Assembly: GCA_963422205.2 (NCBI GenBank)
Contig: CAXMWX010000003.1
Span: forward strand, 160,001-224,000
DNA from: Gammaproteobacteria bacterium
GTDB taxonomy: Bacteria > Pseudomonadota > Gammaproteobacteria > Eutrophobiales > Eutrophobiaceae
Direction of reading: 5' to 3'
DNA length: 64,000 bases
In this document: in pieces, positions 1 through 10,576 of the stretch
Position numbering within the stretch: position 1 is the stretch's first letter
Layout of the letters: the number at the start of each line of letters is the position of its first letter
The notes under the pieces: generated by a model
The model's database searches: none
What the model was told of the DNA's origin: nothing
Seen by the model: only the letters and a program-made list of their open reading frames with translations
Translations under genes and position numbers: made by a program

Positions 1-430
1 GATCAGGAAAGTAACCGGCGGTGATTCGCTTGCGTTCCTCATCGTTAAAGTCGGCCGCATTGTCCAGTATGAGGTAGTCGACCCGTTGCTCAAATCGCTT
101 GCTGAATTCGATGGCGATTTGCGCCCCGGTGGCACTGCCATACACACCCGCATTGACCAGGCCCAGCCCTTGACAGAACTGATCGAGGGCGGCGGCGTAA
201 TCGCTGATTTTAAGCCCCGCCCCCTGCAACTGATCGGAGTAACCGTAGCCTGGCGTATCCGGTGCAATGACCGTCACATAAGGAGACAAGACCCGGATAA
301 AGGGCAATAACGCATGAGAGGACACAGGTGAGGCGTGCAGCATGAGCAACACAGGCCCCTGGCCCTGCTGTCGATAATGTATCAACACCGGCGCCTCATC
401 ACTGCCGATATTAACGTAGCCGCGCCGCAT
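1..430 (-). CDS. alpha/beta hydrolase fold protein (runs off window start)
   Basis: Manual translation from ATG at 430: MRRGYVNIG..IHYRQQGQGPVLLMLHASP..VIAPDTPGYGYSD..GVYGSATGAQIA; absent from ORF track because it has no stop in the window. Confidence 0.85.
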   Translation of the reverse strand, partial: MRRGYVNIGSDEAPVLIHYRQQGQGPVLLMLHASPVSSHALLPFIRVLSPYVTVIAPDTPGYGYSDQLQGAGLKISDYAAALDQFCQGLGLVNAGVYGSATGAQIAIEFSKRFEQRVDYLILDNAADFNDEERKRITAGYFPD

Positions 431-444
431 TGAATAAAACCCGT

Positions 445-2031
445 TCAGTCCAGGCCGAGTGATTTGGGATTGATCCGCTTGTCGGGATCAACCAGCTGTT
501 TGATCGACTGGATGAGTTTCCAGTTATCCGGCTTGATACCTTCCCGGTAGTTGTATGATTTGGCAATCTGCAGGTGGATACCGCCCAGCTCGCAAAACAG
601 ATCGATCAACTCCTGACGGATCTTCTCTACCATCTCCCTCGCTGCTGCATTTTTTTCAAAACCGGGCAATTTCTTCAGTATCGACGGCTCGATGGTATCG
701 CGATGCAGATCCATCATCTCGTCCGGCCAGAAAAACACCGGCTCAACGACAAAGCCGTTGGTGGCGATAGTGGCGAATAAAAAGCCCACGCCGATTTCAT
801 ATTTTTCAATCTCTGCCGCATTCTCTGCAAATACCTTTTTGACAGCAGCAGTGGTCGCTACCGCTTTGGAGTGCGGAACAAGGGTATGGACGGGCACCCA
901 GCGTTCTCCCTGCGGGCCTACGATATTGTTTAAAGGTGTGAAGGGATTGGCGCGCAGGATTTTGGGAATGCTGTCTTTAATCTCCTTCCCCTCATGGCGT
1001 TTTGCGATGGCGCGGACTTCCTGCACAGCCGCCCCAGCCCCTGCCTCAGTACGATCCTCGATCATGATGTGTGCAGAATAGGCCACGTCTTTCATGAAGC
1101 GGCGCCCGGACAGCGCCAGCCTGGCCCCATCCTTGATTGCCCCGCTGATTGAACCGCTGGCGGCCAGCACGCCGGCGAAGGCCTTGACGTCTTTGGCCAG
1201 GCTCTCTCGCTGCATGCGTTGTGCTTGCAGGTAAGGATCAAACGCAAAACATTCCATGACGATACCTCGCCGGGAAATCTCGCTCATGGCAGGCAACATC
1301 GTCTTATAGGAGTCAAAATCAAATGAGAGAAAACGCCGCACGGGTAATTCCGGGATAAGCCGGAGGGTCGCCACGGCCTTAAAACCCAAAGCGCCGCTAT
1401 CGCAGGTAAACAGCCCCGTCAAATCCGGCCCGTAATAACGAAAAAACGGGGAGCCATTCAGCTGTGCATCCGAACCGGTGCTGATCATGCGGCCATCGGC
1501 CAGTACGACATCCAGTGAGATAACCGAATCCGCCGCACTGCCAAACTGGCCAGATCCCCAGAAGATGCCGTTTTGTGACAAACTGCCACCAATGCTCGCC
1601 TTAATCCCGGAAAGAGGACCCCAGAAAGGCGTACGCAGCCCGCTGCCATCCAGGGCCTTGTGTAATTCATGCCAGGTGCAGCCGCATTCGACTTTGACAT
1701 ACATATCTTCCCGGTTGATTTCCAGAACCCGATTCATGCGCCGCATATCGACCTGTATGCTGCCCGGCTCTGCCGGCAGGCAAGCACCGGTATAAGACAT
1801 CCCGCCACCCCGTGGCACGATGGCATGGCCTGCCTTGATGGTGGTGGCGATGACAGCGGCCAGTTCCTCGGTATTTAGCGGCTGCACAACGGCAAAAGCG
1901 GGGATACCCTGTTTGTAAATGTCCTGGGTATAAAACCGGCAACTGGCCGCATCGGTCAGGACGTAATCTGCACCGACAATGCTGCTTAACTCTGTAATCA
2001 ATACATCTTGATGGCGTGCCGCTTCAGCCAT
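445..2031 (-). CDS. FAD-binding oxidoreductase (VAO/GlcD-type FAD-linked oxidase)
   Basis: PRGGGMSYTG FAD-binding motif, SIGGSLS, C-terminal KQLVDPDKRINP. Confidence 0.9.
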   Translation of the reverse strand: MAEAARHQDVLITELSSIVGADYVLTDAASCRFYTQDIYKQGIPAFAVVQPLNTEELAAVIATTIKAGHAIVPRGGGMSYTGACLPAEPGSIQVDMRRMNRVLEINREDMYVKVECGCTWHELHKALDGSGLRTPFWGPLSGIKASIGGSLSQNGIFWGSGQFGSAADSVISLDVVLADGRMISTGSDAQLNGSPFFRYYGPDLTGLFTCDSGALGFKAVATLRLIPELPVRRFLSFDFDSYKTMLPAMSEISRRGIVMECFAFDPYLQAQRMQRESLAKDVKAFAGVLAASGSISGAIKDGARLALSGRRFMKDVAYSAHIMIEDRTEAGAGAAVQEVRAIAKRHEGKEIKDSIPKILRANPFTPLNNIVGPQGERWVPVHTLVPHSKAVATTAAVKKVFAENAAEIEKYEIGVGFLFATIATNGFVVEPVFFWPDEMMDLHRDTIEPSILKKLPGFEKNAAAREMVEKIRQELIDLFCELGGIHLQIAKSYNYREGIKPDNWKLIQSIKQLVDPDKRINPKSLGLD

Positions 2032-2226
2032 GTCTTTGATATACCTGCCTGTCTACTTTATATTGCTGCCAGTGAACCGGGCAGCTCTGACTAAGTGAAT
2101 ATATCCGGCAAATTCACCCTGCCCCGATTTCTCAAGTTGTTCTCAAGTTGTATTTAAATTATAACATTAATATCATTGTAAACCTGTATACGTTTTGATG
2201 ATTTTGTCATTTATCGGGGGCTTTCT

Positions 2227-3228
2227 ATGGCTGACAATACCCGGGTTTTACTCAAACAACCCTCAGCGGGTGTGCCCGAACCGGACGATTTTGAGCTGGT
2301 GGCCGGCGCAGAGGCCACGGCCGATGATGATCAGCTGCTGTGCGAGACTCTGTACCTGTCGCTGGATCCCTATTTGCGTGGCAAAATCAGCGGTCGCCAC
2401 ATATCCGGGAGCATTCTCCCCGGAGAACTCATGGCCGGTGAAGCCGTAAGCCGGGTGCTGGACTCAAAGGCGGCAGGCTTTACAGCAGGTGATATCATCA
2501 CCGCCCACAGCGGCTGGCAAAGTCACCCGGTGATTGATGCAAAGCATGCACGGCGTGTCGATCCAAATCTGGGCCCACTGTCCACCTCCTTAGGAATCCT
2601 CGGTATGCCGGGACTGACCGCCTATGCCGGCCTGTTGCGCCTGGGCGAGCCTGAAGCCGGTGATCTGCTGGTGGTCTCGGCCGCCTCCGGGCCGGTCGGA
2701 TCCATGGTCGGTCAAATCGCAAAAATCAAAGGCTGCCGGGCGATTGGTATTGCCGGTTCGGATGAGAAATGCCAATGGGTGGTTGAGGAGGCGGGCTTTG
2801 ATGGCTGCATTAATTATAAGAAAGAAGCCCTGCGAGAGGGCATTAAACGCGTATGCCCGGATGGCATGGATATGTATTTTGATAATGTCGGTGGGGAGGT
2901 GTTGCAGGCCGCGATGGAGAATCTGGCATTGCATGCCCGCGTGATCTTGTGTGGCCTGATGGCACAATACAATACTGACGCCATGCCGCCAGGCCCCAAT
3001 CCCGCTTTTATTATCAAGGCACGTGCCACCGTAAGAGGCATGGTCGTCTATGACCATGACGATCTCCGGGCGGAATTCGGGCAGGAATGCAGCCGATGGC
3101 TGAAGCAGGGCATGATCCACTACAAGGAAGATATGGCCGAGGGGCTGGCGGCGGCACCGGAGGCATTTTGTCGTCTGATGCGAGGTCAGAATTTTGGCAA
3201 AGCCATTGTGCGGGTTAATCCCGAATAA
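2227..3228 (+). CDS. NADP-dependent oxidoreductase (MDR, PTGR/CurA-like)
   Basis: YLSLDPYLRG, LGMPGLTAY, VSAASGPVGS, YFDNVGG, NFGKAIV motifs. Confidence 0.92.
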   Translation: MADNTRVLLKQPSAGVPEPDDFELVAGAEATADDDQLLCETLYLSLDPYLRGKISGRHISGSILPGELMAGEAVSRVLDSKAAGFTAGDIITAHSGWQSHPVIDAKHARRVDPNLGPLSTSLGILGMPGLTAYAGLLRLGEPEAGDLLVVSAASGPVGSMVGQIAKIKGCRAIGIAGSDEKCQWVVEEAGFDGCINYKKEALREGIKRVCPDGMDMYFDNVGGEVLQAAMENLALHARVILCGLMAQYNTDAMPPGPNPAFIIKARATVRGMVVYDHDDLRAEFGQECSRWLKQGMIHYKEDMAEGLAAAPEAFCRLMRGQNFGKAIVRVNPE

Positions 3229-3253
3229 TCAACTGTATAATATGGAGCAGCTT

Positions 3254-3733
3254 ATGAGCAAAACCCCGACTGATTTTCGTCGCATCACCTTGCTGGTCAA
3301 CGACATTGAAAAACCGCTGAAAATCTATCATGACATTCTGGGAATGAAAATCTACTACGATGATGAGATGACGCTCACGGGTGTGACCATACCCGCAGGC
3401 GAGCTGGATACGAAGGCGCGCCTGGTTATTCTTCAATGTAACGATCCCTATATCGGTATGCTCGGCATCCTTCAGTATCTCGATCCTCCCTTGCCTGAAC
3501 AAGGTGAGTACAGGAAACGCCTGGGGATTGGAGATAGTGTTTTTGTCATGAACCACGATGATGTACGTACCGTTTATGAACAGCTTAAAGAAATTGACGG
3601 GGTGCATATACAAAGCGAACCGTCCATATCGGAATACCCGAAACCTGATGGCGGCGTATTCAGACTGCTCGGTATCAGCTTCTTTGATCCGAACGGCTAT
3701 TTTATAGAAGTCAACCAATGGCTTGACAGATAA
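3254..3733 (+). CDS. VOC/glyoxalase family protein (cytoplasmic)
   Basis: RRITLLVNDIE..FFDPNGYFIEVNQ; GGAG RBS before ATG 3254. Confidence 0.85.
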   Translation: MSKTPTDFRRITLLVNDIEKPLKIYHDILGMKIYYDDEMTLTGVTIPAGELDTKARLVILQCNDPYIGMLGILQYLDPPLPEQGEYRKRLGIGDSVFVMNHDDVRTVYEQLKEIDGVHIQSEPSISEYPKPDGGVFRLLGISFFDPNGYFIEVNQWLDR

Positions 3734-3760
3734 GCGCCACTGGTCAAGCAGTTTCAGCAA

Positions 3761-4810
3761 ATGAATGAGGATCGAAATTGCCAGTGGCGTATCGCCGCCC
3801 GGCCAGCCGGCCATGTAAAGCCAACGGACTTTGCCTACACCGAAGAAGCGATCCCGGCGCCGGGTGCAGGCGAAATGCTGTTAAAGACGCTTTATCTTGG
3901 TCTGGCGCCGGTCATGCGTATGTATATGCAGGGTCTTGGCGTTGGCGGCCAGATGCCACTGGCACCTGGCGATGTTATTCATGGCCGGGGAGTGGCGGAG
4001 GTATTGCACTCCAATCACCCGGATTATCAGGCGGGTGACATCGTTCAGGGACAAACCGGCTGGCAAACCTATGCCGTCACAAAAGCAACGCCAACCGACA
4101 GATTTTATAAATGCAAGCACTATGATTTGCCGTATGAACTGGCCGCCGGTATCCTCGGCATGAATGGCTTGAGTGCTTACGGCGGCCTGCTTGATTGCGG
4201 CCAACCCAGGGCCGGCGATCTGCTGGTGGTCTCAGGTGCCGCTGGCGGCGTGGGAACAGTGGTCGTACAAATGGCCCGGATATTAGGTTGCCGCATCATT
4301 GGCATTGCTGGTGGGCCGGAGAAGTGTCGCTTTGTAAAAGAGCTTGGCTGCGAGCAAGCCATCGATTATAAAAATGACAATGTTGCAGAGAAGATTGCCG
4401 CCTATTGCCCGCAAGGCATGGACATTTATTTTGATAATGTCGGCGGTGAGATACTGTCCACCTGCCTGGAACATCTCGCCTACGAAGCGCGTATTGTGCT
4501 GTGCGGTTCAATTTCCGAATATACCAGGCAAGCGCCTTTTGCGTTAAGCAACTACACGAATCTAAGGGCGGTCAACGCCACCATGAAGGGCTTTTTCGTC
4601 TACAACTATGCAGAGCGCTTCTACGAGATGACAGATCAATTCGCCGCCTGGATAAAGGCAGGGCAACTGAAACCGGTGCAGGATATCGTGGATGGCTTTG
4701 AAAATATGCCTGCCGCACTGGCAAGGCTGTATGATGGAGATAATATCGGGGTACAGTGCTGTCGGGTACGTGGCGAGCCGGCATCAGGCCAACCAGCACA
4801 TGCAATATGA
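3761..4810 (+). CDS. NADP-dependent oxidoreductase (MDR), paralog of 2227..3228
   Basis: LGMNGLSAY, VSGAAGGVG, YFDNVGG motifs. Confidence 0.9.
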   Translation: MNEDRNCQWRIAARPAGHVKPTDFAYTEEAIPAPGAGEMLLKTLYLGLAPVMRMYMQGLGVGGQMPLAPGDVIHGRGVAEVLHSNHPDYQAGDIVQGQTGWQTYAVTKATPTDRFYKCKHYDLPYELAAGILGMNGLSAYGGLLDCGQPRAGDLLVVSGAAGGVGTVVVQMARILGCRIIGIAGGPEKCRFVKELGCEQAIDYKNDNVAEKIAAYCPQGMDIYFDNVGGEILSTCLEHLAYEARIVLCGSISEYTRQAPFALSNYTNLRAVNATMKGFFVYNYAERFYEMTDQFAAWIKAGQLKPVQDIVDGFENMPAALARLYDGDNIGVQCCRVRGEPASGQPAHAI

Positions 4811-6138
4811 CTGATACGCATGACTATCCAGCAACGAAATACGCCTGGTATATGGTGGTGTTGCTGACGATTGCTTATGTCTTCTCTTTTGTTGATCGCT
4901 ATATACTGGGGCTGCTTATCGAGCCGATTAAAGCGGATCTGGGCTTCTCCGATACCCAGATAGGTCTGCTGCTCGGGCCGGCCTTTGCTATTTTTTACGC
5001 CACCATTGGACTGCCGCTGGGCTGGCTGGCCGATCGTAAAAGACGCACCTGGATCATTGCCGCGGGCATTACCATTTGGTCGCTTGCCACTGCTGCCTCC
5101 GGTTTCGCCCGAAACTTCACGCACATGTTTATTGCCCGCATGAGTGTTGGCATTGGTGAAGCGGCGCTGGGGCCTTGCGCCATGTCGATGATCTCCGACA
5201 GCTTCCCCAAAGAGCGCCGTGGCCGGCCCATCGCTTTTTACACCATGGCCTTGTCAATAGGTGCGGGCCTCGCTTACATATTCGGTTCAACGGTGCTTGG
5301 CTGGGCGAGAACTGTTCCGAATATTGCGTTACCTGTTATTGGTGTTGTCGCTACCTGGCAATTCACTTTTATCGCCGTGGGCCTGCCGGGATTGATCCTC
5401 GCTATCCTGTTTTTTTTCATGCACGAGCCAAAACGCATGGATCAAAAAGACCACAGCAAAGAATCAGGGGCCAGCATTTTGGATATGCTGAAGTTTGTCG
5501 GTGTGCACTGGAGAACATTTATCACTTTTTTCCCGCTGTTTTGCTATATGACCATCGTTGCCTACAGCCAGGGCTGGTTAGCATCACTTTTCAAACGCAC
5601 CTGGGGTTGGGAAGCAGAGCAGTTTGCCCTGATAAAGGGATTAATACTGATCATTGTCGGCCCTGCCACCGTAAACGCCGCCGGCTGGTTCTCTGATCAT
5701 TTCTATAACAAAGGTATCAAGGATGCCCCTTTGATCATCCCCATCATTGGCACCTTCGTGATCGTCATTACCGGCACCGCCGCCCCGCTGATGCCAACTG
5801 CTGAGATAGCCATGTTCTTTTTTGGCTTGAACAATATTGGTATCGCCATGGCCTCCGCTACCGGCATTACCGCACTGCTCAATGTTGTTCCAGGGAAGAT
5901 CCGCGCCCAGATAGTCGCCTTTTATTACTTGTGTATCAGCATGAGCGGCTTGTTTCTGGGGCCAACCACGGTGGGCCTGCTGACCGACAATGTGTTTGGC
6001 CAGGAAAATCTACACTACGCCATGGCACTGTTGCCCCTGCTGTTTGGCGTGCCGGTGCTGGCGCTCATTCCATGGACGAGGCGCTGCTATAAACAGCGCC
6101 TTGTGTTAAGTGAGGCCGAAGAGCGTCAATCCACCTGA
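4807..6138 (+). CDS. MFS transporter (spinster-like)
   Basis: SFVDR, GWLADRKRR, RMSVGIGEA motifs, hydrophobic TM pattern; ATGA overlap with upstream gene. Confidence 0.92.
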   Translation: MTDTHDYPATKYAWYMVVLLTIAYVFSFVDRYILGLLIEPIKADLGFSDTQIGLLLGPAFAIFYATIGLPLGWLADRKRRTWIIAAGITIWSLATAASGFARNFTHMFIARMSVGIGEAALGPCAMSMISDSFPKERRGRPIAFYTMALSIGAGLAYIFGSTVLGWARTVPNIALPVIGVVATWQFTFIAVGLPGLILAILFFFMHEPKRMDQKDHSKESGASILDMLKFVGVHWRTFITFFPLFCYMTIVAYSQGWLASLFKRTWGWEAEQFALIKGLILIIVGPATVNAAGWFSDHFYNKGIKDAPLIIPIIGTFVIVITGTAAPLMPTAEIAMFFFGLNNIGIAMASATGITALLNVVPGKIRAQIVAFYYLCISMSGLFLGPTTVGLLTDNVFGQENLHYAMALLPLLFGVPVLALIPWTRRCYKQRLVLSEAEERQST

Positions 6139-6157
6139 GCGATAGCAGGTCAATCCA

Positions 6158-6955
6158 ATGCAACGACACTACCTCGATTCGTCTTTTGGGCAGATACATA
6201 TACGTCACCTTAAAGCAGAAGGCGACAAAACAGCGACCCCGCTGATCTGCCTGCATCCCATTCCCTACAGCGGCCTTTACTTTACCCGCCTCATGCCCCG
6301 GTTAAACCGGGGGCGTGATGTGCTGGCGCTGGACTACCCCGGCTATGGCGGGTCAGACCCCTTGACCGACAAGCCCGCCATCGGGGACTTCGCACAAGCG
6401 GTTATTGAAGCCCTTGATAATTCACATGTTGCCGGGCCTTTTGATTTGCTCGGTTTTCACACCGGCTGCCTGGTCGCCGGGGAGATTTCACTGCTTGAAC
6501 CGCAGCAGGCTAATCGGCTGGTCTTGATAGATGTGCCTTATTTTGACAACGCATCACGGGAACGCCTCTATGATCAGGTCACCCGGGGGAGCGCAATCAG
6601 CACCGAGCTGGAATGTCTGGCGCCCGCCTGGGAATTTAACATCAGCAATCGCATTAACGATATGCCACTGGAACGTGCCTTTGCATTGTTCGTTGAACAA
6701 TTACGCACCGGCAACAATACCACCTTCGGGTTTCATGCGGCATTCACCTATCCCTGTGAAGAACGATTTCCGAAAATCAAACACCCCGCCCTGGTGATTG
6801 CTACGCAATCGGGGTTGCTTGCGCCCAGCCGCCAGGCCGCCGGGATGTTAGCTGACTGTACGCTCAGGGAATGCCTGGAAATAGAACGGGCAGTGATGGA
6901 GACCGGTATAGAAAAAATTGCCAAAATCACCGATGATTACTGTCGCAAAAATTAA
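6158..6955 (+). CDS. alpha/beta hydrolase fold protein
   Basis: LICLHP, ALDYPGYGGSD, LLGFHTG at nucleophile elbow. Confidence 0.85.
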   Translation: MQRHYLDSSFGQIHIRHLKAEGDKTATPLICLHPIPYSGLYFTRLMPRLNRGRDVLALDYPGYGGSDPLTDKPAIGDFAQAVIEALDNSHVAGPFDLLGFHTGCLVAGEISLLEPQQANRLVLIDVPYFDNASRERLYDQVTRGSAISTELECLAPAWEFNISNRINDMPLERAFALFVEQLRTGNNTTFGFHAAFTYPCEERFPKIKHPALVIATQSGLLAPSRQAAGMLADCTLRECLEIERAVMETGIEKIAKITDDYCRKN

Positions 6956-7036
6956 AATTCATGGTCACACAATACATGGTCTGAGGGTTTAAGAAAGCCC
7001 GTTACATGCTCAACCAACAGATGCAGTGAGATATTA

Positions 7037-8467
7037 ATGTCAGTCGATAAAAATGTATTCGATGTAAATTCTCATCCGCTATCACGCCGTCGCTTTCTAT
7101 GCTATGGCGCAATGCTGGCGGCAAGCACCGGGATCAGACCGGTATTTGCTGAACAAAAACGCTATGACGTGCTTGTTATTGGCGCCGGTTTGGCCGGGCT
7201 GCAATGCACCCGTCTGCTTCAACAACACGGGATATCCACCCTGCTGCTGGAGGGCGGCGATCGTGTTGGTGGTCGTGTTCATACCCTGGATGAACTGGAA
7301 GGCAGGCCCGAAGCCGGCGGCACACAGACCGGGACGGGCTACACTGCGCTCAATCAGGTGGCCGATGAACTACAGATTACATTCACATCGATGCGCCCGG
7401 GCATGCCTGGTATGACGCTATCGATCAAAGGTGAGCTGATGGACGCCGACACCTGGGAGAACAGCGCGGTGAATCAACTCACCGAACCCTATCGAAAAAT
7501 ACAGCCAAGAGGATTAATGTACGCCTTGCTGGCCAGGGGCGAGCAATTAACCACTCCTCTGGCATGGAATACAACAGCAAACGCCCGCCTGGATATCCCC
7601 CTGTCCGCCTACCTGACATCTCTTGGGGCAGATAAAGAAATGCTGCGTTTGATTAACGCTAACCTTAATGGCACAGGTGTCGATCAGATTTCCGCTGCTG
7701 ATGTATTACGTAAAAGCCGTGTGTTGCAAAGTGCAGGCGGCCCGCAACGGATCAAGGGCGGCAGCCAGCGCCTGCCCGATGCACTGGCGGCCACATTAAC
7801 ATCCCGGGTACAGCTCAACAAACCTGTTGTAGCGATTAATGATACAGGCAGGCACATCGCCGTCATCTGTGCTGATGGCAGTCAGTATCTGGGCGAGCGC
7901 GGCATCATTGCCCTGCCTTACAGCGTACTAAGGCATATCAGGATAGATGCCCCGCTATCGCCAGCCAAACAATCAGCGATCAATAAACTGGCCTATACAC
8001 CGGTCACCATCACGCTGATGCAGCCGAGCAGCCCGTTCTGGCTTGAAGATGGCCTCAGCCCTGCCATGTGGACAGACGCCCCTGTTGGCAGAATTTTTAC
8101 CGAAACCGATGACAATGGCGAGCTTATACGCATTCGTTCCTGGGTCATGGGGCCGTTTGCGGAGCGGCTGAACAAGATGACTGATGACGCCACGGGCGAA
8201 TTCATCAAAGAGACTCTTGCACGCTTGCGCCCTTCAACAAAAGGCAAATTAGAAGTTGAAAAAGTGATCTCCTGGGGGCGCAACCCGCTCGCCCGTGGTG
8301 CGTTTTCCCACTACCTTGCTGGTGATGTACAAGGCTTTTCTCACATAATCGGCAAACCCGAGGGCAGGCTGCATTTTATCGGCGAGCACACCGCCCCGGA
8401 AGCCGCAGGCATGGAAGCTGCCATATTATCGGCAAACCGAGGCGCACTGGAAGTGATGAACGTCTGA
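7037..8467 (+). CDS. Tat-exported flavin monoamine oxidase family protein
   Basis: SRRRFL twin-arginine signal, VIGAGLAGL..LEGGDRVGGR, HFIGEHT..GMEAA. Confidence 0.9.
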   Translation: MSVDKNVFDVNSHPLSRRRFLCYGAMLAASTGIRPVFAEQKRYDVLVIGAGLAGLQCTRLLQQHGISTLLLEGGDRVGGRVHTLDELEGRPEAGGTQTGTGYTALNQVADELQITFTSMRPGMPGMTLSIKGELMDADTWENSAVNQLTEPYRKIQPRGLMYALLARGEQLTTPLAWNTTANARLDIPLSAYLTSLGADKEMLRLINANLNGTGVDQISAADVLRKSRVLQSAGGPQRIKGGSQRLPDALAATLTSRVQLNKPVVAINDTGRHIAVICADGSQYLGERGIIALPYSVLRHIRIDAPLSPAKQSAINKLAYTPVTITLMQPSSPFWLEDGLSPAMWTDAPVGRIFTETDDNGELIRIRSWVMGPFAERLNKMTDDATGEFIKETLARLRPSTKGKLEVEKVISWGRNPLARGAFSHYLAGDVQGFSHIIGKPEGRLHFIGEHTAPEAAGMEAAILSANRGALEVMNV

Positions 8468-8565
8468 TGCGTGTTTTTTTAAGGTGCTTGTCCGCGGTCT
8501 CTTCCAATACGGGGAAAGCCGGATTGCAGAAGCCCTTTGCGAAAGCTATGATAATGATCAAGGTC

Positions 8566-9459
8566 ATGACGATGATACAAAAACCGACGGCAATTATACT
8601 GGCTTTTCTGTGCGCCACCGGCTTAGGTTATGCCGAAGAGATCGTTCTCACGGGCAGCGATGCCTTCATTGCCATGCAAAAAACAACCTGCGGTACCACC
8701 GAGCCAGGGCTTACCCGGTATGGTATTTTCGAAGGCCGGGGATACAGCCGCATCCCCGGTGAAAAGGACCGGCACCTGTTTAATGTATTGGGGATCAATG
8801 TTCGGCATTGTTCGGTAAAAAAACAGGCGCAACGCGGCCGCAGCTACCGCAGCGTGTCCCGCGAGATCATGGTGTATATGGACCCTGAAACAGGTGCCGT
8901 GCTTGATCAGTGGTTGAACCCATGGACGGGCAAAGAAGTCGCTGTTATTCACGTCGCCAACGACCCCGTTAACATGCGCGACTATCGTTATGAACTGGAC
9001 GAAGCGGGGAACGCCTCTTATGAAATGAAGGTTCAGCGTTATGGTGAGGTGGCAGTCCGCTCTTCTGAAATCCCGTTGTTCTACAAAAATCCTCTCGGTG
9101 GCGGCTATCAACATTATGTCGGCGGCATGTATCATGCGATGGAGATCTTCAACAGTTTTTATGATGCTGAGAAGTTATTGGATGCAAAGAAAAAATCCGT
9201 GGGCGAGTCTCATCTTGGCTGGAGTCGTATTGCCCAGTGGCTGCCCTGGCTGGAAATGGGTGATCGTCCGGGGGTCATGATATTCAATGCGAGTGGTTTC
9301 AGCACGTTCGATAAAAACCGGATTCCTGAGAAATTAATGCACATCCTGCAAGAGCGCTATCCGCTTTATCTCACCCCGCCACCGCTTAACGACAATCGCC
9401 CGAACGAGACTTCCTGGACAGTCTTTAAAAGACACCTTGAGTCTCAAAAGGAAAACTAG
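8566..9459 (+). CDS. secreted DUF1838 family protein
   Basis: GRGYSRIPGE, SREIMVYMDP, NPWTG..VIHVANDPVN, WLPWLEMG; N-terminal signal peptide; start uncertain. Confidence 0.82.
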   Translation: MTMIQKPTAIILAFLCATGLGYAEEIVLTGSDAFIAMQKTTCGTTEPGLTRYGIFEGRGYSRIPGEKDRHLFNVLGINVRHCSVKKQAQRGRSYRSVSREIMVYMDPETGAVLDQWLNPWTGKEVAVIHVANDPVNMRDYRYELDEAGNASYEMKVQRYGEVAVRSSEIPLFYKNPLGGGYQHYVGGMYHAMEIFNSFYDAEKLLDAKKKSVGESHLGWSRIAQWLPWLEMGDRPGVMIFNASGFSTFDKNRIPEKLMHILQERYPLYLTPPPLNDNRPNETSWTVFKRHLESQKEN

Positions 9460-9482
9460 CAACTCAGCTGTTTTAAGATCCG

Positions 9483-10562
9483 GTGGTCGACTATCCTGCC
9501 CCATACAGATCAAGACACGGATCAAACCCCCCTGCCTCAACGCGCTGTTACGTACAAAAAATATTAATAGCACTGATATTAATCCTTGCTGTATCGCTTT
9601 GCCGTGCCGATGATGCTTTCAAGATATCCGGTTGGCGTGAGGTTGTTATCAGCGTATCTGACATAGAACAACATATCAGCTTGCTGGAAGCCATCGGCGG
9701 CTGGGAAATCAAGTATCGGGGAGAGATCAGCCGCGCACAACTGGATTTCTGGCATCTCCCTGAAGCGGCAAAGGCATCAGAGGTATTGATGGGCAACATC
9801 GGCGTTGAAGTTGGCTTCATTCGCCTGGTCCAATTCAGCGGCGTCCCGCAGCGGTAGATTCGCTCAAATGCCCGCAGTTGGGACAGCGGCGGTATCTTTG
9901 ATATCAATATGCGTGTGCTGGATATGGATAAAAAGTTTCGTCAATTACAGGCCGCAGGCTGGCATGCCTACAGTGATCCTGTGCAGTTTTCATTCGGCCC
10001 CTTTGTGGTAAAAGAATGGATTACCTTAGGCCCGGATGGCGTCTCCTTTGCCCTGATTGAGCGCATCAAACCCAGGCTGGAAGGCTGGCCGAAGTTGCGT
10101 GAGTTTAGCCGCACCTTTAACGCAACGCAGATCGTGCGTGAGATGGAGCCGGCACGTCGCTTTTATATGAACATACTTGGCTTTAAGCAATACCTCTACC
10201 ATAACAGCCCGGGCAAGGTGCCAGGGCCGAATGTGCTGGGCCTGCCGCATAACCTGACAACAGCGATCAATCGTGAGGTCTGGATCGTCCAGCCTGATGG
10301 AGAGAATTCCGGCTCGGTAGAATTACTTGCCTATGATGGCCTTACCGGAGCGGATTTCTCGGCCCGTGCGGTACCGCCAAACCTCGGCCTGTTGGCCTTG
10401 CGTTTCCCGGTTGATAATATCAAGGCACTGGAGATGCATCTGTACGCCCATGGCGTAGACATTGCCAGCCCAACGGCGGCAATTCGTCTGCCGTATTACC
10501 AATCCAGGCAACTGCTCGCCGTGAGGGCGCCCGGTGGGGCCTGGCTTGAGTTCTTTGAATAA
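9483..10562 (+). pseudogene. secreted two-domain VOC protein interrupted by in-frame TAG at 9855-9857
   Basis: ORFs 9483..9857 and 9909..10562 share a frame; reading through gives ..FSGVPQR*IRSNARSWDSGGIFDINMRV..; VOC motifs GPDGVSFALIE and APGGAWLEFFE. Confidence 0.8.
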
Positions 10563-10576
10563 GCACCTATTCGCCA

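Noticed and set aside
9855-9857. Pyrrolysine or programmed amber readthrough
   Set aside because: No pyl genes seen and many genes here end in TAG; a C>T change is simpler
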